From positions 7,254,001 through 7,318,000 of the forward strand of contig CM035355.1 in NCBI GenBank assembly GCA_020137815.1: a DNA stretch of 64,000 nt. Reading direction: 5' to 3'. Below, one piece after another: positions 26,101 through 38,162 of this stretch; the stretch's first letter is position 1; every line of letters begins with the position of its first letter. Origin of the DNA: Hormiphora californensis (Eukaryota; Animalia; Ctenophora). A program made the position numbers and the translations under genes. The notes below the pieces were generated by a model, which searched no databases, was not told the origin of the DNA, and saw nothing but the letters and a program-made list of their open reading frames with translations.

Positions 26101-28594
26101 TCATACAGTGTATGTGAGATCGATCTCTGTCGCGCGCGACGTCGATCTCACTCAGGTATCAATGTGGCCAAGATAGAATATACTTTTAGTATCAGTATGT
26201 GATCAGGACAATGTGGTCGCGTTAAATATATTTAAATAAGAGTACCATTGTTTGTTTTGTTCGAACGAGGCAAACCATTGTACTGTAACGCGAGCTTTAT
26301 GCTCTGAGAACTACTTAGCAACTTAAAATACTTGTTCTCCCTATTTAGTCTATAAAATAATGATCTTTGTTGCACCTTGTTCTCCCTATTTAGTCTATAA
26401 AATAATGATCTTTGTTGCACCTTGTTTGTTGCATTTTGATAATAACCCCATGCAGTCGCCACATAGGGATCATTCACCGTCACACAGGCAATAACGTCAA
26501 CCCCACGGTGCTTGAATTTGTCAAAGTCCTTCAGAAAACTTGGCAGATGGTTCTGAAACGTGTTAAATGTCTGAGAATCAAATTGAGGTTTGGCACCGCC
26601 AGACAGTAGTTATATTATTGATACTTATAGAAATCGAATTGCTGTAGCGTCCTGTGTCTAATACTAAATTTGGATTAATGTTTAAAATCCAGCTCGGCAA
26701 CTTACCGTGGAACAGACAGGTGTAAATGCGCCTGGTAATCCAAAGAGAATACCAAGACGTGCATTAACAAACAGATCCCTGATGTTCACGGGTATGGGAG
26801 GAGCACAGTTTTCATAAAGGATGATTGGCGGCAGGGAATGTCCAATTTTTATCTGATTTGGATTGTGATCTGTTGCTGTCTTCAAATGTGGCATTTCATG
26901 TCCATCCATGGGACTCTGTAGGAGTGAAAAATTATTGTGCGTGGTGAATAGTATTATAATAGTACAGTCGGACCCCGATTTAGGGACACCCTCGGGGGAA
27001 AGGCTCTTGTCCACTAAATCGGGGTGTCCACTAAATCGGGGTCAAAAAAGGTTAATTTCCTATATCGGGGGGAAAAAATCATGTCCCTAAATCGGGGTGC
27101 CACTAAATCGGGGGCCCCTAAATCGGGGTCCGACTGTACTGCTATATGCAGTCGGACCCCGATTTACCGGGATAATCTGGGCAAAGTGTTTTGACTGGTA
27201 AATAGGGGTGAATTTGTCCGGTAAATCGGGGCCCGGTAAATAGGGGTTCCGGCAAATCGGAGTCCGGGCTGTATGGCGGCGCCATACCCAAATTTGACTC
27301 TCAATCTGAGCTCGCGACAGTGCACTCAGATGGGGTTGCGGTGCCGGACAGAATCCGGGTGCAATTGTGTGCAAACTTTACTCATACTCAAAGTGCCCAC
27401 AATGTGAGGAGGTAATGGTTGTATAAAAAGTTGAAAATTCTCAAATTTGTGTCTCCAATGTGTCCATAAAGTGTCTCCAATGTCTCTCCAATGTCTCTCC
27501 AATGTCTCCCCAATGTCTCCCCAATATGTCCGTAATGTTTCCTCATAGTGTCCCAATGCCTCCCCAATGTGTCAATGTGTTCCCATTGTGTCCTCAATGT
27601 GTCCCCTAAGTCTCCACAAGGTGTCCCCATTGTGCAGTGTCCTCATTGAGGGTGTGCTATTTCAAATTTTTTTCGACTAGGCCATTCAGTATCTAGCTAA
27701 TGTGAAACTATGGACAATTCTCTATCACATCAGCGAAACAGAATCGAGATAGTGTTTGTCAGTTACGTTGGCATCGCGATTTAAAAAGTGTAGTTTTTAA
27801 CCGAAAAATGGTAAAAACAGAGAAATATGTGTGGTTTTCACCAGTTTTTGACATGTTCTTGATATCAACTTTTTATGTTCAGGATCGTGTTCAGCACCTC
27901 GAAACTGACAAGAATTGATATGCATCATTAAATGATGCTAAAGTTCATTTTTGAGCTAAAAATGTTCATTTTTGACAAAAAATGTTCATTTTGGACATGT
28001 TCTTAAATTTTGAGAGCTTTTTCATGAACGGGATCGTGTTCCGCAGGCCAAAATTAGTCGATTACAACCGAAATTTGCTTTCCACCAAGAAAAAACTTAA
28101 AAAAATTAAAATTCGTCCCCACGATTCTGCAAGTTGGTAAAATTAGCAAGAAAAAAGGGAGAAAATTTTTTATTTTTGTTCATAAAGTGGATATCTGAAG
28201 ACTCAAACTGAAAGTAACAGTTGTATAAGTTGTCACGAGACGATTTATATATGTGTTTTGTTCGAAATCACGCCCTAAAACAGACTTTTTGAAATGAATA
28301 TGCCCATATATGGGCATAGCTCGTGCCAACGTAATTGGGCCATGGTAGAGCCAAAACTTTGTGATAAAATGTTTTAGAATGATCGTAGGAGCTCATTTAA
28401 CCCGATACCAAGTGAAATTTTGAATTAAATTAGGCATTTGAAAAAATAGCACACCCTCAATGTGTGTCCTCTAGCGTTCCGTAGACAGTATGTGTCATTC
28501 TATACCCCAAACATACCGGTTGGCGGTCCCTTAATCTAATCATATTAATATAATACCTTTGTAGGAAACCTTTGAATTGATGAACAATTTTCAT
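23193..28594 (-). CDS. PRDX5: Peroxiredoxin-5 (atypical 2-Cys). Exons: 28594-28517 (probable first), 26915-26706, 26552-26421, 24985-24907, 23636-23517, 23281-23193
   Basis: GILFGLPGAFTPVCSTNHLPSF (peroxidatic Cys), GVDVIACVTVNDPYV..AWG, KVKVLAD..CEFTK, RSKRFAMILENGIVKYLTVE..TSC (resolving Cys). The first exon (MKIVHQFKGFLQRYYINMIRLRDRQP) is inferred from an open frame plus GT donor and is less certain. Confidence 0.92.
23677..23917. mobile_element. MITE with TA TSD
   Basis: TA|CCTTACTCTCGTT...AACGAGAGTAAGG|TA. Confidence 0.7.
25617..26171 (+). mobile_element. TTGG..CCAA element with 9-bp TSD (MULE-like); other copies 45890-46409, 51333-51402, partial inverted near 43880-43977
   Basis: TSDs GATAGAATA (25617 copy), CACCTGTGC (45890 copy), ATAAAACAA (51333 copy). 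Internal sequence is shared between the two long copies. Confidence 0.85.
27648..28458. mobile_element. Short-TIR element with GAG..CTC ends
   Basis: GAGGGTGTGCTATTT...AAATAGCACACCCTC inserted in a GTGTCCYCAAT tandem repeat; TSD unclear. Confidence 0.55.
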
Positions 28595-29164
28595 AGGCCA
28601 TAGTGCATTACCAAGTACTTGGTAATGCACTATGGCCTTGCACTATGGACTTTTGATTTGATAAGAGCGGTTGCCATGGGCGTGAACTCCTGTAATTGGG
28701 GACCCTACGCACAGGGCCAATCACTTAGTGATACCAGCACCGCTAATGCACTATGGACTTGCAAGTGCATTAAATGTTATTCCAAGAAGTTATCGGTCAA
28801 CGTGTTTCGATTTCACAGAATATAAATCAATTTTCTTTTCCCAGACACAGTTACGTAACATATTCTTAAAGAATTTTTGGACGGTCTTAGTTTTAATAAA
28901 ACTCTCAGACAGTTTCCATATTAAATGTTTTACTTATTCCAACGGGTGAAGCAATGCTTGTTAAAATTCTAAACAGTCTCCGATTTGCGTTCCCACAAAA
29001 AGCTTCACACTTAGTCTGCGGATTAAGTATGTCTGAATTTGAACAGAGTACACTGTCCATCGCAGCGTCTCTGTGAAATTTAGCGAAGCGAATTCTGTGA
29101 GGAACATGGTTAACTAATACAGGGTGTCCCATATATATTCTGTGGGTCGGCTAACTAATATATG

Positions 29165-29199
<35 letters not shown>

Positions 29200-29457
29200 T
29201 TTACAACAACTGAGCCCGGTATATATATGTGCTATAACACCGGTGTGTATCTGTATATTGCGCCCCGCGCGGGGCGCGATATGCCCGCATATCGGCCCCT
29301 TGCGGAGCAAGGGGACGATATGCAATATATCGCCCCGAACGCAGTGAGGGCGATATATTGATACACATAAGGTGTTATAGCATATAACGCCCACTGCAAG
29401 CAAGGAGAGAACAACACTAATCCCCTTTCAAGTTTTTCAACTCAATTTGACAAATTA

Positions 29458-30125
29458 CCTTATTACCGATATATAACGGAACCTTCTATTAGCGTAACTT
29501 TAATTAACGTACCTTCAATTAACGAAAATCGGTTTGGGTGAGCAAATTTTGACAAAAAGCACAAATACTGGGTTAAAATGGTAATTATGTTCCTATTGAA
29601 TTATCAAGAATAATTTTCTTTGCAATTGAGCACGGTTGTGAATTTGAGGCAGTTTTTCAAGACCCTCATGCATTTCAGTCACCATTGGTTCAGGTAGGGT
29701 TGGAAATTAAGGTCCTTGTTTACTGTAAATGGACAGAACATAAACATGGGCTTGCCTCATTACAAACTATGATTACTGAAAAGTATTGTTTTAAGACCCG
29801 TTACATGGTCGAGGATTTTGAATCTCTTCTTAGAATGATTCAAGATTTTTTCCCACGAATGATTCTGATTCAGATAATGAACTAATATCTCAAATTGAAA
29901 ATGTTGAAGCTATTGATGATGTTGAATAGGAAGACTAAGAGAACCAAAAGTAGAAATGTTAACATTATATTCGATGTCTTGTTTTTGTTTTTTAACCCTA
30001 AAAACAGCATTTTTTTTATTAAAGGAACATTAATTTAGCGGAACCCTAAATTAACGATACCTAAAATTAACGAAATTTTTACCGATTTCGTTAATTAGAG
30101 GTTCCGTTATATATCGGTAATAAGG
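29458..30125. mobile_element. MITE with TA TSD
   Basis: TA|CCTTATTACCGATATATAACGGAACC...GGTTCCGTTATATATCGGTAATAAGG|TA. Confidence 0.8.
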
Positions 30126-30280
30126 TATTCAACATCATCAAAGTTTCACAGTTCAACAACAAATGATTACACACAGAGAGAGAGGCAACACAACTCATGT
30201 CAGTCCTTCAAATATGTTCCCTTTTCAACTCCAGACATGTCTAGACACGGTGTCCTGGAAGGAGGTTTTACCTCGCCTAG

Positions 30281-33200
30281 TAGTTAGGGGATTAAAGGCA
30301 GATTTAGGCCCTGACTGGGAAAAAATTTGCAACAAGCTAATTCCTTCACTAATGTGTTCCTAAGGGTCTCCACTAAGCCCCCAGAAAAGTGTAACGCGGT
30401 GCGAGGGGTGCAACATGGTCATTTCCGGTTGGGCGTGGCCGCGCATGGTGAAGATTGACACTTTCGTTCCTTTTGGGTTAAATAGTAAAATGAGGACATT
30501 AAAATGTGCAGAATCGACGGGTTAGTGGGGGTAGAACATGGCAAAATTAAAATTCCACGATTATTTTATGAGATAATTGCATAATTAGCATAATTAGTGC
30601 TCGCGCAAGGTAAATTCGATGGTTAATGGGGTAGGATGGGTTTGGACCCGGAAAAAGATTTACTCCGACCGAAAACATCGTGTTAGTAGGGGTAGAGCAT
30701 GTCAGATTTTTAATTAAACCATTTTCTAATGAGATAATTGCATAATTAGTAGACTAATTATCGAAAAAGTTTAAAAATTGGAACTTTGGATCCGGAAAAA
30801 GATCTACCCCGACCAAAAACAGCGTGTTAGTGGGGGTAGAGCATGTCAAAATTACCCTCAAACCATTTGCTAATGATATGACCCTTCCAGATATCCCTAA
30901 GACCTTACTGGATACCTCTCTGACCCTCTCAAATACCCCTCAGACCCTAACTGATACCTCTCTGACCATCCCAGATACCCTCAGATCCTACCTGATACCC
31001 ATCTGATCCTCCCAGATATCCCTCAGAGCCTACCTGATACCCTTCTAACCCTCTTAAATACTCCTCAGACCCTACCTGATACCTCACTGACCATCCTAGA
31101 TACCCCTCATATCCTACAAGATAGCCCTTAGACCGTGCTAGGTACCTCTCAGACCCTAAGAGATACCTCTCTGGCCCTCCAAGATACCCCTCAGACCCTG
31201 CTAGGTACCCCTCTGACCCTCCCAGATAGCCCTTAGACCGTGATAAATACCTCTGACTTCTGAGCGAGTGTTATACAGAAAATCTGAGTGGTTTCTAGCA
31301 TGCTTTGAGAGGTATTTAGCACGGTGTTAGACCCTCTGACCATGCTAGATACCCCTTTGAGCACGGTCTGGGGGGAATCAAGTCAAAGGGCTATCTAGTT
31401 GGATCTTAGGGGTATCAGTTAGGGTCTTAGGGGTAACTAGTAGGGTCTGAGGAGTTTCAGATAGGGTCTGACGGGTATCTAGCACGGCCTGAGCGGTATC
31501 TGGGATGGTCAGAGGGGTATCAGGTATGGTCTGAGGGGTATCTAGGACGGTCAGAGGGGTATCAGGAAGGGTCTGACGGGTATCTGGGATGGTCAGAGAG
31601 GTATCTAGTAGGGTCTGCGGGATATCTAGCACGGCCTGAGGGGTATCTGGGACGGTCAGAGGGGTATCAGGTATAGTCTGAGGGGTATCTAGCACGGTCT
31701 CAGGGCTATCTAGGACGGTCAGAGGGGTATCAGGTAGGGTCTGAGGGGTATCTGGGATGGTCAGAGAGGTGTCTAGTAGGGTATGCGGGATATCTAGCAC
31801 GGTCTAAGGGCTATCTGGGATGGTCAGAGGGGTATCAGGTAGGGTCTGAGGGGTATCTGGCCTCTGGGAGGATCAGAGGGGTATCAGGTAGGGTCTGAGG
31901 GGTATCTGGGAGGGTCAGAGAGGTGTCTAGTAGGGTCTGCGGGATATCTAGCACGGCGTGAGGGGTATCTAGGACGGTCAGAGGGGTATCAGGTGGGGTC
32001 TCAGGGGTATCTGGAATGGTCAGAGAGGTATCTAGTAGGGTCTGCGGGATATCTAGCACGGTCTAAGGGCTATCTGGGATGGTCAGAGGGGTATCAGGTA
32101 GGGTCTGAGGGGTATCTGTTAGGATCAGAGGGGTATCAGGTAGGGTCTGAGGGGTATCTGGGAGGGTCATATCATTAGCAAATGGTTTGAGGGTAATTTT
32201 GACATGCTCTACCCCCACTAACACGCTGTTTTTGGTCGGGGTAGATCTTTTTCCGGATCCAAAGTTCCAATTTTTAAACTTTTTCGATAATTAGTCTACT
32301 AATTATGCAATTATCTCATTATAAAATGGTTCAATTAAAAGTCTGACATGCTCTACCCCTACTAACACGATGTTTTCGATCGGAGTAGATCTTTTTCTGG
32401 GTCCAAACCCATCTTACCCCATTAACCATAACATTTAGCTTGCGCGAGCACTAATTATGCTAATTATGCAATTATCTCATAAAATAATCAAGGAATTTTA
32501 ATTTTGACATGTTCTACCCCCACTAACTCGTCGATTCTGCACATTTTAGTGTCCTCATTTTACTATTTAAGGGTACACCTGGCTTTTTTCATCATCGAGT
32601 GCCCAACCAAATGACTTCACCAGGGTTTAGGCCATACAAAATGGACCTCAAATATGCAATTTTAGCCCTAAAGTCGAATTCATATTTTTGCTACAGCCTA
32701 TTTTCAAAGTGGCGTTTTTTCAATTTTTGTTGAAATTTTTAACCTCAGGACCACTTTTTTTGAGATAGAAACATTAAATTCTTGGAATTTGAAGAGAATA
32801 TAAAGGTGAATAAGCCCAAAGAAGGATTTTTGAAATGGAGCTTATTTCTGGCCATGAGAACGGTTTACTTTTTTGCTTCTTTGACACGCTGGCTGAGAAT
32901 GTTCCCATGCTTCATTAGAGATGAAAATCTGGAAATAGTTGCTCAAAACGATTATCTATGTGGCCCAAAAATTTTGGAACTTTCCCGCCAAAGATGTGGT
33001 GTACAGAGCTTTTTTTGTGAAACCTGTCTTTTTGAAAAAGAGGGAAATTCCCTGTATCTCAAAAACGGATGATCGTAGAGACCTGGGACCGAGCTTAATC
33101 GATTCAGAAGGTTCGATTTTGGGGGGGTCTTCTGAGAGACATTTTGCTCCTACTCCAACCGTTTTTGCTGTAATTGCGAAAAAGGTATCAGCAAGTAAGG

Positions 33201-34064
33201 GGGAAATCAGCCCGAAGCAGGCTACTGGAATAGAGTTGTTTCCCCTTTTCATAGAATTGGTTTTTTGCAATTACAGCAAAATCGGTTGGAGTAGGAGCAA
33301 AATGTCTCTCAGAAGACCCCCCCAAAATCGAACCTTCTGAATCGATTAAGCTCGGTCCCAGGTCTCTACGATCATCCGTTTTTGAGATACAGGGAATTTC
33401 CCTCTTTTTCAAAAAGACAGGTTTCACAAAAAAAGCTCTGTACACCACATCTTTGGCGGGAAAGTTCCAAAATTTTTGGGCCACATAGATAATCGTTTTG
33501 AGCAACTATTTCCAGATTTTCATCTCTAATGAAGCATGGGAACATTCTCAGCCAGCGTGTCAAAGAAGCAAAAAAGTAAACCGTTCTCATGGCCAGAAAT
33601 AAGCTCCATTTCAAAAATCCTTCTTTGGGCTTATTCACCTTTATATTCTCTTCAAATTCCAAGAATTTAATGTTTCTATCTCAAAAAAAGTGGTCCTGAG
33701 GTTAAAAATTTCAACAAAAATTGAAAAAACGCCACTTTGAAAATAGGCTGTAGCAAAAATATGAATTCGACTTTAGGGCTAAAATTGCATATTTGAGGTC
33801 CATTTTGTATGGCCTAAACCCTGGTGAAGTCATTTGGTTGGGCACTCGATGATGAAAAAAGCCAGGTGTACCCTTAACCCAAAAGGAACGAAAGTGTCAA
33901 TCTTCACCATGCGCGGCCACGCCCAACCGGAAATGACCATGTTGCACCCCTCGCACCGCGTTACACTTTTCTGGGGGCTTAGTGGAGACCCTTAGGAACA
34001 CATTAGTGAAGGAATTAGCTTGTTGCAAATTTTTTCCCATTCATGAGCCTTTGTCCCCTAACTA
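30281..34064. mobile_element. Foldback element with TAG..CTA ends, 3-bp TSD TAG (Academ-like termini), ~600-bp TIRs and inverted 21-bp minisatellite arrays
   Basis: TAG|TAGTTAGGGGA...TCCCCTAACTA|TAG. The internal unit (approx. ACCCTCCCAGATACCCCTCAG) runs 30880-31255 and inverted 31370-32168. Confidence 0.8.
32571..33873. mobile_element. Second copy of the TTAA palindromic family, nested in the right TIR of 30281-34064
   Basis: Same termini, TTAA at 32567-32570 and 33874-33877. The uninterrupted target is visible in the host's left TIR near 30470-30495. Confidence 0.9.
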
Positions 34065-35873
34065 TAGAGTAACCCGAGAAGTTACGGACCCTACCCCACG
34101 TATTTTTTGACGTAGAATCCGAAAAACATAAAATTAAAATCCGGTCATGTGCCGTTTTTGCGTAAAACGGCAAAAACTGTTATTTTTAGCAATTTTCGAC
34201 TTTTTTCGTATTTCAGAGGTTCTAGTAAATCCCCCTTACAAGATACGGTCTTGAGAATTTTCACCAATAAAATATAATCAATTTGCTACAGATTGGTCTT
34301 GGGTTTGTGTGATTTGGTCAAAAACTATCGTTGCAGTGGCCCCTTAAAGATGTCTAATCTGCAAATACGTTTTTGGCTCCTGTGGCCTCAGTTGTGGACC
34401 AAAATAAGATTTATTATACACCAAAATTTGCGTCTTCTCAAGGCGAGCAACCTGGTTTTTACGGCATTCCATTTCATGCAGGCGTTGAGGAGTGACAGCT
34501 GAAAAATTGCTACAGTGGATTTTGGAAATACCCCTACTTCATCAAACTCTAACCCGGCCCTACTAAAATATAAATTTTTATACATGAAAATGAAGCTCAG
34601 ACAAATGCCAACAAGATGCAAAAAACGGGAAGTGTCTAACTTATTTCGTTCAGAAGTTATAGTCAAAATAAAAGTGCTTATATTTGCCTTTAAAATACAC
34701 TCTAAAACCATACTTTTAGACAATTTCTGACAACTTCAAACAGATTTTGTCCACAGGGGGCTAAGTTGGTGCACTGGAGGTGAAATTTTATTCGTATTGC
34801 ATTTTTAGACAGATTTGCTGATTTTCAGGGCTTTCAAAGGGTGTTTTTAAAGGCAAATATAAGCACTTTTATTTTGACTATAACTTCTGAACGAAATAAG
34901 TTAGACACTTCCCGTTTTTTGCATCTTGTTGGCATTTGTCTGAGCTTCATTTTCATGTATAAAAATTTATATTTTTCGAAATCTTTTCCGGGTTAGAGTT
35001 TGATAAAGTAGGGGTATTTCCAAAATCCACTGTAGCAGTTTTTCAGCTGTCACTCCTCAACGCCTGCATGAAATGGAATGCCGTAAAAACCAGGTTGCTC
35101 GCCTTGAGAAGACGCAAATTTTGGTGTATAATAAATCTTATTTTGGTCCACAACTGAGGCCACAGGAGCCAAAAACGTATTTGCAGATTAGACATCTTTA
35201 AGGGGCCACTGCAACGATAGTTTTTGACCAAATCACACAAACCCAAGACCAATCTGTAGCAAATTGATTATATTTTATTGGTGAAAATTCTCAAGACCGT
35301 ATCTTGTAAGGGGGATTTACTAGAACCTCTGAAATACGAAAAAAGTCGAAAATTGCTAAAAATAACAGTTTTTGCCGTTTTACGCAAAAACGGCACATGA
35401 CCGGATTTTAATTTTATGTTTTTCGGATTCTACGTCAAAAAATACGTGGGGTAGGGTCCGTAACTTCTCGGGTTACTCTAGGCGAGGTAAAACCTCCTTC
35501 CAGGACACCGTGTAGACACTCACACACACACAAGCGAACTATTGGGTGCTAATTAAATAGAGAGAGATAAAGATTACCAATGTCTCTCTTGTCTCTCTCT
35601 CTTGTCGCCATTCTGCCGCCCCTTGTTGTGTTAATCTCTCTTTTTCTTTGCAACAGTGTGTACACAACAGTACACACAAACAAAAGAAAGAGTCTTCACA
35701 CCTTTTTGGATTAATTCTTGCGTGTACTAAATTGCACTTTTAGAGTGGGCGTTATGAGATTTATCAATTTGGATGCAGTCATATCAGCCCGCTACCGCGC
35801 GGGTGTTATTTCTCCAAAAAATGCGCAGTGGGCGTTATATATACCGGGCTCAGTTGTTGTAAAATTTGCTTAC

Positions 35874-35939
35874 CTGGATTGAAGAACGCTTTGGGTGTTG
35901 ATCAGCCGGAGGAATTCCCTTTTTAAACGTTGGGTGGCT
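35874..35939 (-). other. Possible additional upstream exon of PRDX5 (66 nt, SHPTFKKGIPPADQHPKRSSIQ)
   Basis: Flanked by a TTTTTCAG acceptor and a GTAAGC donor on the minus strand. Open in phase 0 and compatible with exon 26915-26706. No start codon identified. Confidence 0.35.
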
Positions 35940-37151
35940 CTGAAAAATGCTACTTAGTTATATGTAATTGTTTGGCTTATGAAATGATACAGCCAAGTCT
36001 AATTCAGTCTTATTCAGTCAAATTTCGTGATTAGCTAGTTCGGCTTCGCGACTCTGATCGTGCTTATAGTATCGTCCAATATATCAATTTCTAAATTAGA
36101 CTGTGTGTGTGTGACACTTCAGAGGCATTTCACCTGTGGCCCCGTTGTAAGTTACACTTGATGTATCTCGCTATATACATATTAGGTAATTACAGAAATT
36201 CGTTAAATGACATTGTTTGTCTTTGACCGATAAAAGGGAGAACCTGTCAGAGCATTGGCCTGACCCTATTCCTACTTCCCTCAAATAGCGGAGCGTGAGA
36301 ACTGTGATCAGATCATTGGCCTGCAGACAGGGGAGAACCGTTTCATTCTTCCCCATAACACCGGTCTAGTTCCATGTTGAGTCGCCTGACACTGCGTTCG
36401 TGAATAAAAAAATATGAACAATTCAAGTTCCATGTACTAATGTCTACATTCTAACTTCCACTATTATAGGTATTTGTATGTTGTCGAGGCTTTCTCTCCG
36501 ATATAATATGGGCTCTACTCAACTACCCCCAGCTTGTTGAGTTGAGAGTTACTCAACAACCCGTAGCTTGCCTTTCAATTCACTAAATTCCCCTACCTCC
36601 TTGATTGGCACCTCTTTGATTAGCAAGCCAATATTGTAGTCTCGCCATTCCTGCTATTTGGCCACTTACAATACCAAGTAAATCTATAACTTTATACCAA
36701 GCCACTTACAATAAATCTATATAACTTTATAACCGTCTGGGAAGCGTCAAACAAAAATGACTTTTATAATTTATACGCATGAAATGCAGTTTTTATGTAG
36801 GTATATTTTATGTATATTTATGTATATTTTATGCGAAAGGAATTCAGGTCATCCAGGACATTGCACATGGTTGATCTGGATGGCTACTGTTAAACTGTTA
36901 TAGCATAACTTAAACAACGCGTTAATATGGGTACCGACACATGACCATTATTTCCCTCTTGAGAGTTGATTTGTATTTTGTAAAAAAGATATATTGCATC
37001 TACAGGTGTTAGTACTGATTAAAACAGTGAACAGGCGTTGTTTCCCTTGCTGTTGAGGTAACACATTTGCGTGATATTGATTAACTTAAACACAGGTCGC
37101 TCTGAATGCACACACAGTTTTCAGTTTTCACCCCCGTTGAATTGTTCATAC

Positions 37152-37335
37152 TTGACATAGTGTCAAGCGAATCAATCTCCCCGTTTATTTCGAGTCGTAT
37201 CGTACGTCGCGTGGTGGTGTTGATATTTCCTACAACACCACCTCGTACGATACGACTCGAAATAAACGGGGAGATTGATTCGCTTGACACTATGTCAAAT
37301 TTTCGTGAACTTGTAGTACAAGTTCACGAAAATTT
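37152..37335. repeat. Two adjacent hairpin/MITE-like palindromes (37152-37298 and 37297-37335)
   Basis: ~55-bp arms TTGACATAGTGTCAAGCG...CGCTTGACACTATGTCAA, then AAATTTTCGTGAACTTGTA-G-TACAAGTTCACGAAAATTT. Confidence 0.75.
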
Positions 37336-38020
37336 GACTATAAAACTATAGAGGTGACTTTATCTTTGTGCGTTGGCAGAAGACATTTCGTTTAAGGTTT
37401 AGAACTGCCTATTTAAAGTGAGAGTGGACAGAATCAGAATTGGACAAGTTTGATGGAGGTTGTAGAGATTAGTTCTATGAGCATTTTGCCTTTTTGCTGC
37501 TTAAAATCGACCCATCCATCACTGAGATATTTTTGTTACTCGCTAGTCGCCTTTGAATTTGATAAGTTAGGCAAATGTAGACAGTTTTTCATGTAGATTT
37601 TTTTAGTTACAGTATTTCTAAACCAACTTATTTCATCAAAAAATTAGCTTCGGTCGTAATGGTTCCTCTGTCAATGGTGTTTAATTACAAAACACTAGCA
37701 TGATTACGAACAAAACTTGCCTTGTTCGATAAAACAAAACTAACCTGGTGCTCGTCAGCAAATGTTACAATTGAATGCTTCGATTTGTCCTTCTTTTTCT
37801 TTTTCTCTCCCATATTTAATCACAGCTAAAAAGAAGAAACTATGGTTAAAAAGGTCCACTCGGACGATGCTTTTGTATCATTCGGGGTGATAAAACGGTA
37901 CAATACATACACAGACGCCTCAACAAAAATACAGACATAGAGAAGCAAACAAACAAGGGGAGACTTTAGAGCAGAGTATTCGTTAAACTGAGGCTCACTA
38001 AGTGAGCAGAGAGGGAGAGA

Positions 38021-38080
<60 letters not shown>

Positions 38081-38162
38081 TTGAGAGAGAGATACAGACA
38101 AAGTAAAGAGACTTCTAAAAACTTACAAACAATAACCACACATTTCCAATAGCCAAACTATC

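Larger units (their letters stand above)
30246..35512. mobile_element. Palindromic element with CAC..GTG ends and 4-bp TSD TAGA (Chapaev-like); own sequence is 30246-30280 + 34068-35512
   Basis: TAGA|CACGGTGTCCTGGAAGG...CCTTCCAGGACACCGTG|TAGA. 34065-35480 is a near-perfect palindrome with a short spacer. Confidence 0.82.
29198..35865. mobile_element. Outer short-TIR element enclosing the nested stack
   Basis: ATTTTACAACAACTGAGCCCGGTATATAT at 29198 mirrored at 35837-35865; TATAACGCCCACTGC is also mirrored. No clear TSD. Confidence 0.6.

Noticed and set aside
31378-32178. PDTPQTL repeat protein
   Set aside because: Translation of the 21-bp minisatellite inside a foldback element; no splice support.
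21436-33662. Repeated ORFs MEFEENIK../MLKTIIYV.. as transposase genes
   Set aside because: They recur only because they lie in mirrored TIRs; short, non-ATG starts, no DDE motif seen.
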